Source: an uncultured Candidatus Poseidoniales archaeon | GTDB lineage: Archaea > Thermoplasmatota > Poseidoniia > Poseidoniales > Thalassarchaeaceae | Direction: 5' to 3' | Length of the DNA: 64,000 bases | Assembly (NCBI GenBank): GCA_964386765.1 | Contig: CAYLUC010000005.1 | Location: 3,201-67,200, forward strand | In this document: positions 9,804 to 18,525 of the stretch, one piece after another | Layout: every line of letters starts with the position of its first letter | Position numbering within the stretch: position 1 is the first letter of the stretch | The notes under the pieces: model-generated | Told to the model about the DNA's origin: nothing | Databases searched by the model: none | What the model saw: the letters and a program-made list of their open reading frames with translations, nothing else | Program-made: the position numbers and the translations under genes

Positions 9804-12509
9804 GTGCGAAATGCGATGAAGCCAAACAATTCAGCAAGTCTGATAGTGGCGCTACTCGTCCTGAGCCTCTCATCACCACTGGTTTCAGCGGATGTAGACA
9901 TCTCGCTTTCTGCAAATCCCATGACGGCCGAGGCAACAACAGACGATGCCGCTGAATACGACATCGTGATACAGAATTCTGGAGACGACGATGCCTTGGT
10001 CTCCCTAAGCACACAGCAGGGAAATGACTGCAATGGATTCACGTCAACATTGGAATCAACAACCGTTACAGTAGACTCTGGCTCATCTGAAACCGTCAAA
10101 CTAACGGTTTCTGTCTCAGACCAGGCCAACGGAGAATGCGAAACCACCGTCAATGCACAGGGACAGGTATCTGGCGGCATACCGGGAACAGGCTCGAGTG
10201 ACGATGTCACTGTAACTACGACCGCTGGAGACGGAGGGGGTCTTTACTCCGTCAAACTGTCTACTGACGATCCACTCACTAGGAATTACGACGGAGAGGA
10301 TGATGAGGTAACTTGGGAAGTGGACGTCGAGAACAACGGCGAACAACAGGCGAATGTGCAGTTGGAGATGACTTCAGACAGTGATTGCGAGTCCGATGAC
10401 CTGTCAGCCACTGTGGATCCGGCCATCCTCCAGCTGGAGCCAGAAGATGAGGAGTCAGTCACTGTAACAGTCGATATGCCCAATGGGGCTGAGACAGAGG
10501 CAGGCTCCCATTGCTTCATCCTGAGGGCAACCGTAACTAACGACCCCAATGCCGCGGATCAGGCCGAGGATAACCTGACATTGAGCCTAAACGTCCCGGA
10601 GATAAAGGAATGCGAGGCATCACTCCAATTCAGCTCCCACAGCCTCGATCCAGGGGAGTCAGCATCAAACTCATTCGACGTTGAGAACATAGGGAACACG
10701 GAATGGACAGTTACAGCAAACGCACAAGCCCAGGACGGGCATGACATTTCTGGATGGGTAAACTTCGACAGCCCAAAGAGCAAGATGCTCGCGGAGCCCG
10801 GAAGTTCCGATGACTCCCATACATTCACCTTCGACGTAACGCCGGACGACTCTCTAGAAGCAGGGACTCAGATTGCAATAAATATCCAAGGAAGGGCGGG
10901 AACAGCAGTCGGCTGCGAGAAGGTACTCACAGTTACTGTCGGACAAGAGTTCGGTGCATCGATGACACTGAGCAAATCCACCCTCTCGAATGTTGACCCA
11001 GGCTCCTCAGGCTCCCTCTCAATTCAGATTACCAACGAGGGCAATGGACAGGATACCATGGCAATAGGCGCAAACGGACTCCCCCCTGGATGGCAGGTTT
11101 CTCTTTCCCAGTCTTCCGTCACCCTCGGGAGCGCCCAGTCCTCTAACAACAAGCAGACAATATCAGCGGATGTGCTGGTTCCCAATGACGCTAGTGCTGA
11201 GAGTGATGTTGTAATCACTTTCACAGTCGGTAGAGGAGGGGGAACCGAGCCTTATGCCACTAGGGATCTCACAGTCTCAGTTGCAGCCCGACATTCTGTA
11301 ACCACATCATTGGTTTCCGACCAACAGACAGGCCGTTCAGGGCAAATTGTTCAATTCCCCATAGAGGTGACAAACTCAGGAAACATTCAGGACACGTTCA
11401 GATTGCAGGCATGTGATCCCGGTGACATGACTGGTTGTAGCAGTCCGATGTGGGAATCGTCCTTCTCGGATACTAATGGTAACTCAATCACGCAGGTGGT
11501 CCTTGATCCGGGTCAGAAACAAACCGTCTATCTTGATGTCCTGGTGGAGGGGGAGGAAGATGCAGATTCCGCCAAGGTCCTAGCAAGAGTTGCTATTTAT
11601 GGAACCTCGGAAGTAGACGAGCACACAGTAACAGTCGTTGTCTCAAACTACAACTACGGGATGGCAATATCACCTCAGAATCCAGGGGAGGTACCAAGCC
11701 AGATAGACGTGATCCTTCCCCCGGGTGGCACGCTTTCCACCTTCTTCTGGGTAGAGAATACAGGGGACTACCCAGCTGGGGATACTGCCGTGATTACCAT
11801 CTCTGGAATGGACTCGTCAGTCATCAGGCAAATGTTTGTGGAAGGGGTGCAGATTGATGGCACGATTCAGATCGCCAAGGGAGAGAGAGTACTTGTCGAG
11901 GTACAAATGGAAGTCCTCGAGGGAGTCGCGAATGGGGTCTCTGGGATAATCAAGGTAAACGCCGCCTCCGAGAGGAACGCGGCCCAGACTACCACAGTGG
12001 ATGTAATAATCCAAGTGATGACCATTCACGATCTTAGATTCACATTGGAGAGTTCGTCCGAACAGACGGCCAACTATCCAGAGAAACTCTACTTCTCGCT
12101 TTTCGTAACCAACCACGGAAACATCGTTGAGGAGGTCGAGATACTGTCAAGCGACTCTCTAAGGGGTTGGACGGTTGACGTGGTGGAGGACGAGTTCGAT
12201 CTTCAGCCCGGAGAAACGAGGGAGATTGAGGTCAGAGTAACACCTCCCTCAGAAATGATTGATGATGATACCTACAGGTTCACCATTACAGTTCAGCCAA
12301 AGGGAATACCAGTGGCAGGCCAACCAATCGAACTGAAGGTCACATCCAAGGTTTCGAACCCCTTCCTAAACTTGTCAGATGAGGTCGAAGAGGCACTCGT
12401 CTATGGCCTGACTGGGTTGGGGACATTGCTAGTGGTAGTCCTCTTCTTCCGCTCGAGGGCAGAAAACAGAATGATACGAAAGGCCCTCGAAGAAGAGGAC
12501 GAATCCTAG
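9804..12509 (+). CDS. Secreted Ig-like repeat protein (COG1470/NEW3-CARDB-like) with C-terminal TM anchor
   Basis: Signal peptide; about 7 modules with (V/I)xNxG[N/D]xxD and LxPGE motifs; paired Cys in several modules; TM LVYGLTGLGTLLVVVLFF. Start GTG 9804 or ATG 9816. Confidence 0.85.
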   Translation: MRNAMKPNNSASLIVALLVLSLSSPLVSADVDISLSANPMTAEATTDDAAEYDIVIQNSGDDDALVSLSTQQGNDCNGFTSTLESTTVTVDSGSSETVKLTVSVSDQANGECETTVNAQGQVSGGIPGTGSSDDVTVTTTAGDGGGLYSVKLSTDDPLTRNYDGEDDEVTWEVDVENNGEQQANVQLEMTSDSDCESDDLSATVDPAILQLEPEDEESVTVTVDMPNGAETEAGSHCFILRATVTNDPNAADQAEDNLTLSLNVPEIKECEASLQFSSHSLDPGESASNSFDVENIGNTEWTVTANAQAQDGHDISGWVNFDSPKSKMLAEPGSSDDSHTFTFDVTPDDSLEAGTQIAINIQGRAGTAVGCEKVLTVTVGQEFGASMTLSKSTLSNVDPGSSGSLSIQITNEGNGQDTMAIGANGLPPGWQVSLSQSSVTLGSAQSSNNKQTISADVLVPNDASAESDVVITFTVGRGGGTEPYATRDLTVSVAARHSVTTSLVSDQQTGRSGQIVQFPIEVTNSGNIQDTFRLQACDPGDMTGCSSPMWESSFSDTNGNSITQVVLDPGQKQTVYLDVLVEGEEDADSAKVLARVAIYGTSEVDEHTVTVVVSNYNYGMAISPQNPGEVPSQIDVILPPGGTLSTFFWVENTGDYPAGDTAVITISGMDSSVIRQMFVEGVQIDGTIQIAKGERVLVEVQMEVLEGVANGVSGIIKVNAASERNAAQTTTVDVIIQVMTIHDLRFTLESSSEQTANYPEKLYFSLFVTNHGNIVEEVEILSSDSLRGWTVDVVEDEFDLQPGETREIEVRVTPPSEMIDDDTYRFTITVQPKGIPVAGQPIELKVTSKVSNPFLNLSDEVEEALVYGLTGLGTLLVVVLFFRSRAENRMIRKALEEEDES

Positions 12510-12540
12510 CCGCCATCCTGAGTTCTTACCGGATAGGCTT

Positions 12541-12564
12541 ATTGCCCAATTTCAGGTGGGCAAT
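12541..12564. promoter_or_regulatory. Perfect 8-bp inverted repeat upstream of the nuo operon (candidate operator or hairpin)
   Basis: ATTGCCCA-N8-TGGGCAAT, overlapping an AT-rich CTTATTG stretch that could be the TATA box. Confidence 0.45.
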
Positions 12565-12565
12565 G

Positions 12566-12590
12566 CTGTCGGTCCCTACGGGACCGTCAG
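12566..12590 (+). promoter_or_regulatory. C-TAN-G triloop hairpin (copy 3) in the nuoA leader
   Basis: CTG-T-CGGTCCC-TAC-GGGACCG-T-CAG; core 12570-12586 is a perfect 7-bp stem; the outer arm overlaps the SD AGGTG before ATG 12600. Confidence 0.65.
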
Positions 12591-12599
12591 GTGTGCATA

Positions 12600-13046
12600 A
12601 TGTCGACAGTCCCGGAGGACTATCTAGCAGTGGCTGTAATGGCCCTAGTGGGCATCGGATTCCCTGTAATGAGCTTCATCGCATCGGGCTTCCTTAGGCC
12701 CAGAAAGACTGGTAACGACCCAAAGAAATTGAGCTCATGGCTTCTGCCAGGTTACGAGAGTGACCAGTCACTCTACATCCGTAGAGACAGCACATATGAG
12801 TGCGGAGCGGACCCTGTAGGGGACGCCCACATCAACTTCCACTTCCAATACTACTGGTATGCGATAATCTTCCTCGTCTTCGACATCGCATTCATGTTCA
12901 TGGCATTCGGGGGTGTCGTGGCGATACAAGAAGGAGTGGAATTGAGCGGGATCTATAGCGCACTCGCAACACTCACTGCATTCATCGTCCTGATGGGGCT
13001 AGGGGTATGGCATGTATTCCGAAAGAGAGGAAGAATATACATCTGA
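12600..13046 (+). CDS. nuoA: Complex I-like oxidoreductase subunit A
   Basis: YECG loop, YYWYAIIFLVFDI motif, 3 TMs; ATG 12600 preferred over GTG 12591 (SD AGGTG). Confidence 0.95.
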   Translation: MSTVPEDYLAVAVMALVGIGFPVMSFIASGFLRPRKTGNDPKKLSSWLLPGYESDQSLYIRRDSTYECGADPVGDAHINFHFQYYWYAIIFLVFDIAFMFMAFGGVVAIQEGVELSGIYSALATLTAFIVLMGLGVWHVFRKRGRIYI

Positions 13047-13055
13047 GGTGATTAA

Positions 13056-13649
13056 ATGACAGACGACCAGAATTATGCAGTTTTCAACAGCAGGATGTTG
13101 GTTGATACCGTCGGGGATGTTACGGACGAGGCCCTGAAGGCAAGTCGAATAAAGGACATCATTGGAGTTATCGCTGGCAGAATTTTCAACTGGGGACAGA
13201 GAAAGTCGCTCTTCCCCCTCCACCTTGGAATCAAGTGCTGTGCCTTGGAGATGGCCGCTGCGGGAGCTAGCAGATTCGATGCTGAGAGGTTCGGCGTCTT
13301 CTTCCGCTCCAGCCCCCGTCAGTGCGATGTACTATTGGTAAACGGCCCGATTAGCAAGAAGTTCGCTGACCCGATAGTTAGGCTATGGGAGCAGATGCCA
13401 GAACCAAAGTGGTGCATAGCAATGGGTGAGTGCGCTATCTCAGGAGGGCCATACTTCCAGTCATACAACATTCTGGAAGGCGTGGACACTGTCATACCAG
13501 TCGATGTGTACATCCCCGGATGCCCGCCAAGGCCGGAGGCTCTCATCGATGGTTTCGACAAGTTACGCCAGAAAATAATCCGAATAGGCGCTATGCCAAG
13601 TAGTGACAGACCAGAAACTCAGAGGCCACTGATTGCGGGAGACTTGTGA
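13056..13649 (+). CDS. nuoB: Complex I-like subunit B (N2 Fe-S cluster)
   Basis: CCALEM, SPRQCD, MGECAISGG and DVYIPGCPPRPE motifs. Confidence 0.97.
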   Translation: MTDDQNYAVFNSRMLVDTVGDVTDEALKASRIKDIIGVIAGRIFNWGQRKSLFPLHLGIKCCALEMAAAGASRFDAERFGVFFRSSPRQCDVLLVNGPISKKFADPIVRLWEQMPEPKWCIAMGECAISGGPYFQSYNILEGVDTVIPVDVYIPGCPPRPEALIDGFDKLRQKIIRIGAMPSSDRPETQRPLIAGDL

Positions 13650-13658
13650 GGTGAATCA

Positions 13659-14318
13659 ATGGGCAGAGTAGTTCCGACTTCTACACAGAAGGCATCTGCC
13701 GAGAAGCTATGCAAGGCAGTCTCGAAGATGAAGGGGGTCGAAGCAGAACCAGTAGAGAGAACAAGCGGAACGAGTCCCCGATGGACAGTTTCCGTAGTAT
13801 GTGAGGCAGACAATTGGAGGGCGCTCGCAGAGAAGCTAAGGGAGACTCACTCCGTCGACTACTGCTCAATGATTACTGGAATTCATTGGCCAGAGGGGCC
13901 GGACGAGAAGAAATGGGAAGTTGTCTACCACTTCCTAAGGACAGGTGTGAAGAACCCACCTTCATCGGACGGAGTTCTGCAGCCGATAATTACCGATCCA
14001 AACGCGGTCAAGGGCAATGACGTCCCTCTTGAGATAGAAGTCAGCATCAGGCTTCCAGACACCAGAACGCCATCTGTAGCAAGCATCCAAGATATCTGGG
14101 TTGGGGCTGACTGGAATGAGAAGGAGACATGGGACTTGGTTGGCATAGATTTCGATGGGCATGCTGGGATGAGGAGGGTTTTGCAGCCTCATGAAACACC
14201 AACTGGGTACCACCCTCTGCAAAGGCATCACAATTTGAGGTATCACGGGTTCGAGGAGATGTACGACGACGCTCAAGGATTCGGACGTAAGCCGGATGAC
14301 ATTGGAAAGGTAAAGTGA
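13659..14318 (+). CDS. nuoC: Complex I-like subunit C
   Basis: PSVASIQDIWVGADWNEKETWDLVGIDFDGH...HPL motif; position in operon. Confidence 0.93.
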   Translation: MGRVVPTSTQKASAEKLCKAVSKMKGVEAEPVERTSGTSPRWTVSVVCEADNWRALAEKLRETHSVDYCSMITGIHWPEGPDEKKWEVVYHFLRTGVKNPPSSDGVLQPIITDPNAVKGNDVPLEIEVSIRLPDTRTPSVASIQDIWVGADWNEKETWDLVGIDFDGHAGMRRVLQPHETPTGYHPLQRHHNLRYHGFEEMYDDAQGFGRKPDDIGKVK

Positions 14319-14327
14319 GGCGATATA

Positions 14328-15464
14328 ATGGCAGAAATGTGGATATCAATGGGACCTCAGCACCCAATGACACACGGCCTCTGGACACTCAAGATCAAGG
14401 TCGACGGTGAAACGGTCATTGACACCGTACCAGATCTGGGATACATCCACAGGGGAGTGGAGAAGATATGCGAGACCAGGGATTTCACGCAGATTACAAC
14501 CTACTGTGACAGACTTTGCTACGCCAGCGCGAATACCTGGTCGCATTCCTACATCTATGCGGCCGAGGACCTCTTGGGAGTGGAAGTACCAGAACGTGCA
14601 GAGTACATCCGACTCATCGCAGTCGAGCTCCAAAGGATAGCCTCGCATCTAATGTGGATGGGTGCATACGGCCCCGACACAGGAAACCTCTCGGTAATGG
14701 TGTGGTGCCTCAGAGAGAGGGAGATGATGATGGATCTACTCCAGGAATTGGGCGGTTCTAGAATGCACTACAACTTCCCCCGAATAGGAGGTGTCAAGAG
14801 AGACCTTCCTTATGGATTCGTACAGAGGGCCAGATCCAAACTGCATCTCTTCCTACAGAGGATACAGGAGTATGAGGCCCTCTTCGATGAAAGCACGGTA
14901 TTCTTGGTCAGAACCCAGGGAGTCGGTTATGCCAAGCCAGAGGAAATGATCAACCACGGCGTTTCGGGACCGAACCTACGTGCAGGAGGAGTCAACCATG
15001 ATGTTCGCTGGGCCCACCCTTATTCGGTCTACAGTGAATTAGACTGGGAGCCACCAGTTGAGAGGTCCTCGATAAAGGGGGCCGACTGCTATGACAGGTA
15101 CCGAGTAAGGATCGAGGAGATGAGGGTGAGTGCCCTCATGGTCCTCCAGGCAATGGAGAGGATACCGGGGGGCTCCGACACCTATCACGAACCCGGAGAC
15201 CCAAAGTTGCTGGCCAAGGCACCCAGCAGAGCTCCAGAGGGAACCAGCGGATACCATCACTTCGAAGACAGCAGGGGCGAGTCGATGTTCTACCTTGCAG
15301 GAGGCGGGGATGGCCGTGGAAAGAGCCCCTATCGAGTCTCAATAAGATCTCCTATGTTCATCACAATACCCTATGCCTCGAAGTGCATGATAGGGTACAA
15401 AGTCGCTGACATCCCTGCAATAATGGGATCATTCGACCCTTGCATAGGAGAAACCGACAGGTGA
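14328..15464 (+). CDS. nuoD: Complex I-like subunit D
   Basis: MGPQHPMTHG, GYIHRGVEK, DRLCY, C-terminal DPCIGETDR; no NiFe CxxC pairs. Confidence 0.97.
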   Translation: MAEMWISMGPQHPMTHGLWTLKIKVDGETVIDTVPDLGYIHRGVEKICETRDFTQITTYCDRLCYASANTWSHSYIYAAEDLLGVEVPERAEYIRLIAVELQRIASHLMWMGAYGPDTGNLSVMVWCLREREMMMDLLQELGGSRMHYNFPRIGGVKRDLPYGFVQRARSKLHLFLQRIQEYEALFDESTVFLVRTQGVGYAKPEEMINHGVSGPNLRAGGVNHDVRWAHPYSVYSELDWEPPVERSSIKGADCYDRYRVRIEEMRVSALMVLQAMERIPGGSDTYHEPGDPKLLAKAPSRAPEGTSGYHHFEDSRGESMFYLAGGGDGRGKSPYRVSIRSPMFITIPYASKCMIGYKVADIPAIMGSFDPCIGETDR

Positions 15465-15468
15465 TATA

Positions 15469-17004
15469 ATGGCTAGTAGCGATTGGCTGGATTTGAATGG
15501 GTGGTTTGGTTCAATCATCGGGTGGTCTATGGATCAAACCCACGATCTACTGCCCGACTCAGACTACAGCCTCGGGCCATTTGGTTCTCTAAATCCACAG
15601 TCAGGGTTCGCTTCCATCCAGCCAGCATTAGAATCCTTCTTCCATGCCACAATTATGTGCACGGTGGTGTTTACCACTCTGATGCTCACAATGCTTGCAA
15701 TACCCTACATCGAGAGGAAATTCATAGGTCGACTTATGGACAGACTCGGAGCAACAACAACTCTGAGAAGCCTCTGGGTCGGAGAAAGTGGAGTGACTGC
15801 AGGCGAATGGTGGAACCAGTTACCATTTGGCATTGGTACCCCTCTGGGCTGGGTCATCAACACTCTGAACGCGAACTGGGGCAACGACCACAAGCTAGAG
15901 ACAGTCTCTAGGGTCAACAACAGAAGCTACCACGGCTACTGGTTCCTCCTTCCCGGCTTCTTCCAGGCATTCGCTGACTTCTTCAAATTCGCAACCAAGG
16001 AGCACCTAGTTCCGAAGGACGCGGACAGAGTCGTCTTCGAGGTAGCCCCAGTCATCATAGTAGGCACAACCGTGATGGTATTCGCCTTCGTCCCCTTCGG
16101 ACCACATATTTACGCTGCAAATCCCGATCTCTCCCTGCTATTCATGATGGCCATTTTCGGAGTCGCACCACTGGGCGTGTTCTTCGCAGGGTGGGCCTCC
16201 AACAACAAGTACACGCTAATCGGTGGAATGAGGTCCGCAGCACAACTAACGGCCTACGAGATCCCGCTCCTAATCACGGTACTAGGGGTGGCCGTACTGA
16301 GCGGCTCCCTGAACATCATCGAAATCGTGGACTTCCAAATGGGCCAAGATGAGGGCAACGTTTGGAACATATTCCTGATGCCTCTCGGAGCAGCACTATT
16401 CCTGATCACGATGATTGCCGAGGTTGAGCGAATACCGTTCGACATGCCCGAAGCAGAGGCGGAACTAGTAGAGGGTTGGTGGACTGAGTACGGTGGAATT
16501 AGGTGGGGCCTAATGTTCTCTGCAGAATACATGAGATCCTATGCAGCTTGCATACTGTTCGCACTCTTCTTCCTGGGTGGTTGGGAAGCACCATTCCAGC
16601 ACACACTATCGGATCTACCAATTGCAGGGGTCGTATTCTCCACACTGTTCAATTTGATACCAGGGCTCATCTGGGTACTTCTGAAGGCGTGGCTCCTCTT
16701 TGCGGTCTTCGTTTGGATCAGGGCTTCCCTTCACAGAGTGAGAACGGATCAGATATTGGAGTTTGGCTGGAGGTACCTCCTACCACTTTCAATGCTAAAC
16801 CTCGTGGTTGCTATCTATCTGAGACTCGAGCATTATGATGGGGGGAATTGGGATCTGTGGGTGCCTGCAGTTGTCTCATTAGTCTCTCTTATTCTTTTCA
16901 TAGTCTACCTGATGGATGAAGACGAGGAGGCATTGGATCTCCAGAGGCGCCCATATAGCACTCAAGCAGTAATCAAGGCCTCGCCAGGGAGCCATAGGGA
17001 TTAG
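15469..17004 (+). CDS. nuoH: Complex I-like subunit H with N-terminal extension and ~65-aa loop insertion
   Basis: ERK...QAFADFFKFATKE, WASNNKYTLIGGMRSAAQLTAYE, ERIPFDMPEAEAELVEG motifs. Confidence 0.96.
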   Translation: MASSDWLDLNGWFGSIIGWSMDQTHDLLPDSDYSLGPFGSLNPQSGFASIQPALESFFHATIMCTVVFTTLMLTMLAIPYIERKFIGRLMDRLGATTTLRSLWVGESGVTAGEWWNQLPFGIGTPLGWVINTLNANWGNDHKLETVSRVNNRSYHGYWFLLPGFFQAFADFFKFATKEHLVPKDADRVVFEVAPVIIVGTTVMVFAFVPFGPHIYAANPDLSLLFMMAIFGVAPLGVFFAGWASNNKYTLIGGMRSAAQLTAYEIPLLITVLGVAVLSGSLNIIEIVDFQMGQDEGNVWNIFLMPLGAALFLITMIAEVERIPFDMPEAEAELVEGWWTEYGGIRWGLMFSAEYMRSYAACILFALFFLGGWEAPFQHTLSDLPIAGVVFSTLFNLIPGLIWVLLKAWLLFAVFVWIRASLHRVRTDQILEFGWRYLLPLSMLNLVVAIYLRLEHYDGGNWDLWVPAVVSLVSLILFIVYLMDEDEEALDLQRRPYSTQAVIKASPGSHRD

Positions 17005-17018
17005 TCGGAGGTGAATAA

Positions 17019-17981
17019 ATGAAATACAATACAGGACATCCAAGAGCCACTCCAAACTTCAGAAATTTAGTCATAAGGCCAATGTGGATGACGCTGAAGA
17101 CCGCTCTGCGAACCGTGCCATTCCTAGGCAGGCTAAACTTCCTGAGAAACAGCTACCACGGCGAGTACGAGAAAATGGTCGACCCCGTGACTAGGGAAAG
17201 GGTCGGTGAGGGGCATCCCAGCGTTGGCCAGAAGTTCGCAGCGGACCGTGAGACTAGCCAGATAATGCCGTTCTTGGAGAGGCCAGTCACAGTAATGTAT
17301 CCGTACGAGAGGCTCGAAGATCTGGAGCCTTGGCTATTCGTCCCAGGGAACTACAATGGTAGGATAGGCGTAATCTGGGAGACTTGCACTGCTTGCAAGG
17401 CATGTGTTAGAGCCTGCCCGAATGACTGCCTGCACATGACCTCCGAAGTAAGAGTCGATGTCCTTGACACTGCTGAGGAGGGCGACGAATGGCATGGATA
17501 TGGGAATGATTTCGAGGAGGGAGGTTTTGCAGCTAGGCCCAGGGAGGATTCTGGAGCAGAGGATTTCGACCTCATGACCGCACATGCCGCAGCCCCTTCA
17601 GAGTACGATTTTGCTGAGGTGATAGACCTCACTGGCGACAAGGCGACAGTCCGTTGGATGGATGGATCGGGCGTAGAGACGCTGGATACCTCAGATCTCA
17701 AACCAGCGGAGAAGGACATCGTCTCCGGAAGGATAGACCTTGGCAGATGCATGTTCTGCGGACTATGCATGGAGGCGTGCCCCTTCGAGTCGTTCTTTAT
17801 GACGAACGAGTACGACGGAATGTCAGGATTCTCTAGACAAGATCTATGGATGGATGCAGACCGAACAAGGGTCCTGCCATCTACTCACAAGGAACGAGTC
17901 GACATGGAGCTCGCCAAGCGCGCCGAGAAGGAGAAGAAGAAGAGAGAGAGAAAGGCGGCAAAGGCCGAAGCGGAGGCATAG
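17019..17981 (+). CDS. nuoI: Complex I-like subunit I (2x[4Fe-4S]) with long N-terminal extension and inter-cluster insertion
   Basis: TVMYPYE; CTACKACVRACP and IDLGRCMFCGLCMEACP motifs, 111 residues apart. Confidence 0.93.
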   Translation: MKYNTGHPRATPNFRNLVIRPMWMTLKTALRTVPFLGRLNFLRNSYHGEYEKMVDPVTRERVGEGHPSVGQKFAADRETSQIMPFLERPVTVMYPYERLEDLEPWLFVPGNYNGRIGVIWETCTACKACVRACPNDCLHMTSEVRVDVLDTAEEGDEWHGYGNDFEEGGFAARPREDSGAEDFDLMTAHAAAPSEYDFAEVIDLTGDKATVRWMDGSGVETLDTSDLKPAEKDIVSGRIDLGRCMFCGLCMEACPFESFFMTNEYDGMSGFSRQDLWMDADRTRVLPSTHKERVDMELAKRAEKEKKKRERKAAKAEAEA

Positions 17982-17983
17982 GA

Positions 17984-18253
17984 ATGGGAATAGACTTCGA
18001 GGCGATAATGTTCGTGATCCTATCCGCGGTAACCGTCGCAGGGGCAATTGGTTGCGTTTACGGAAAGAGAGTCGCCCACTCACTCCTATTCCTGATGCTT
18101 ACCTTCTTCGGCGTAGCAGGAATATTCGTACTTGCGAGTGCAGAGATGCTCGCAGCCGTACAGATACTTGTCTACCTGGGCTCCGTGATGCTAGTGGTTC
18201 AGTTCGGAGTAATGCTAACACGCAAGCAAATTCAGGAAGGTGACATAGAGTGA
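17984..18253 (+). CDS. nuoJ: Complex I-like subunit J, N-terminal half
   Basis: AHSLLFLMLTFFGVAGIFVLASAEMLAAVQILVYLGSVMLVVQFGVMLT; ATG 17984 (the ORF-track start 17846 overlaps nuoI). Confidence 0.9.
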   Translation: MGIDFEAIMFVILSAVTVAGAIGCVYGKRVAHSLLFLMLTFFGVAGIFVLASAEMLAAVQILVYLGSVMLVVQFGVMLTRKQIQEGDIE

Positions 18254-18525
18254 GATTCCTATCTGTAGTTACTAGGCTGGGCGTCGTCGCCTTCGTTCTC
18301 GTACTGCTTAGGGAGGTCATGGATCCAGCAAACTGGCCCGCTGTCCAAGAGGGGGCCGCCCAACCCTCCACACTAGATCTGGCGAATGCGCTATTCGATG
18401 AATGGGCAGTAGCTACGATTGTACTGGGTGCCCTTCTTGCAATGGCGATGATTGGTGCCTCGTACTTGGTCCGTGATGAGAGACTGATAAACTTGGTTTG
18501 GGACATGGGGGGAGATGACCAATGA
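18250..18525 (+). CDS. nuoJ: Complex I-like subunit J, C-terminal half
   Basis: LANALFDEWAVATIVLGALLAMAMIGASYL matches the NuoJ C-terminal helix; lies between nuoJ-N and nuoK. Confidence 0.8.
   Translation: MRFLSVVTRLGVVAFVLVLLREVMDPANWPAVQEGAAQPSTLDLANALFDEWAVATIVLGALLAMAMIGASYLVRDERLINLVWDMGGDDQ

Noticed and set aside
13056-15464. Group 4 [NiFe]-hydrogenase (Ech/Mbh-like) interpretation of nuoB/nuoD
   Set aside because: The large subunit lacks the N-terminal and C-terminal CxxC Ni ligands (only DRLCY and DPCIGETDR) and has the GPQHPxxHG quinone-site motif.
17930-17952. AG/AAG simple repeat as a phase-variation tract in nuoI
   Set aside because: It encodes the Lys/Arg/Glu-rich C-terminal helix; the frame is intact and the gene is essential-type.
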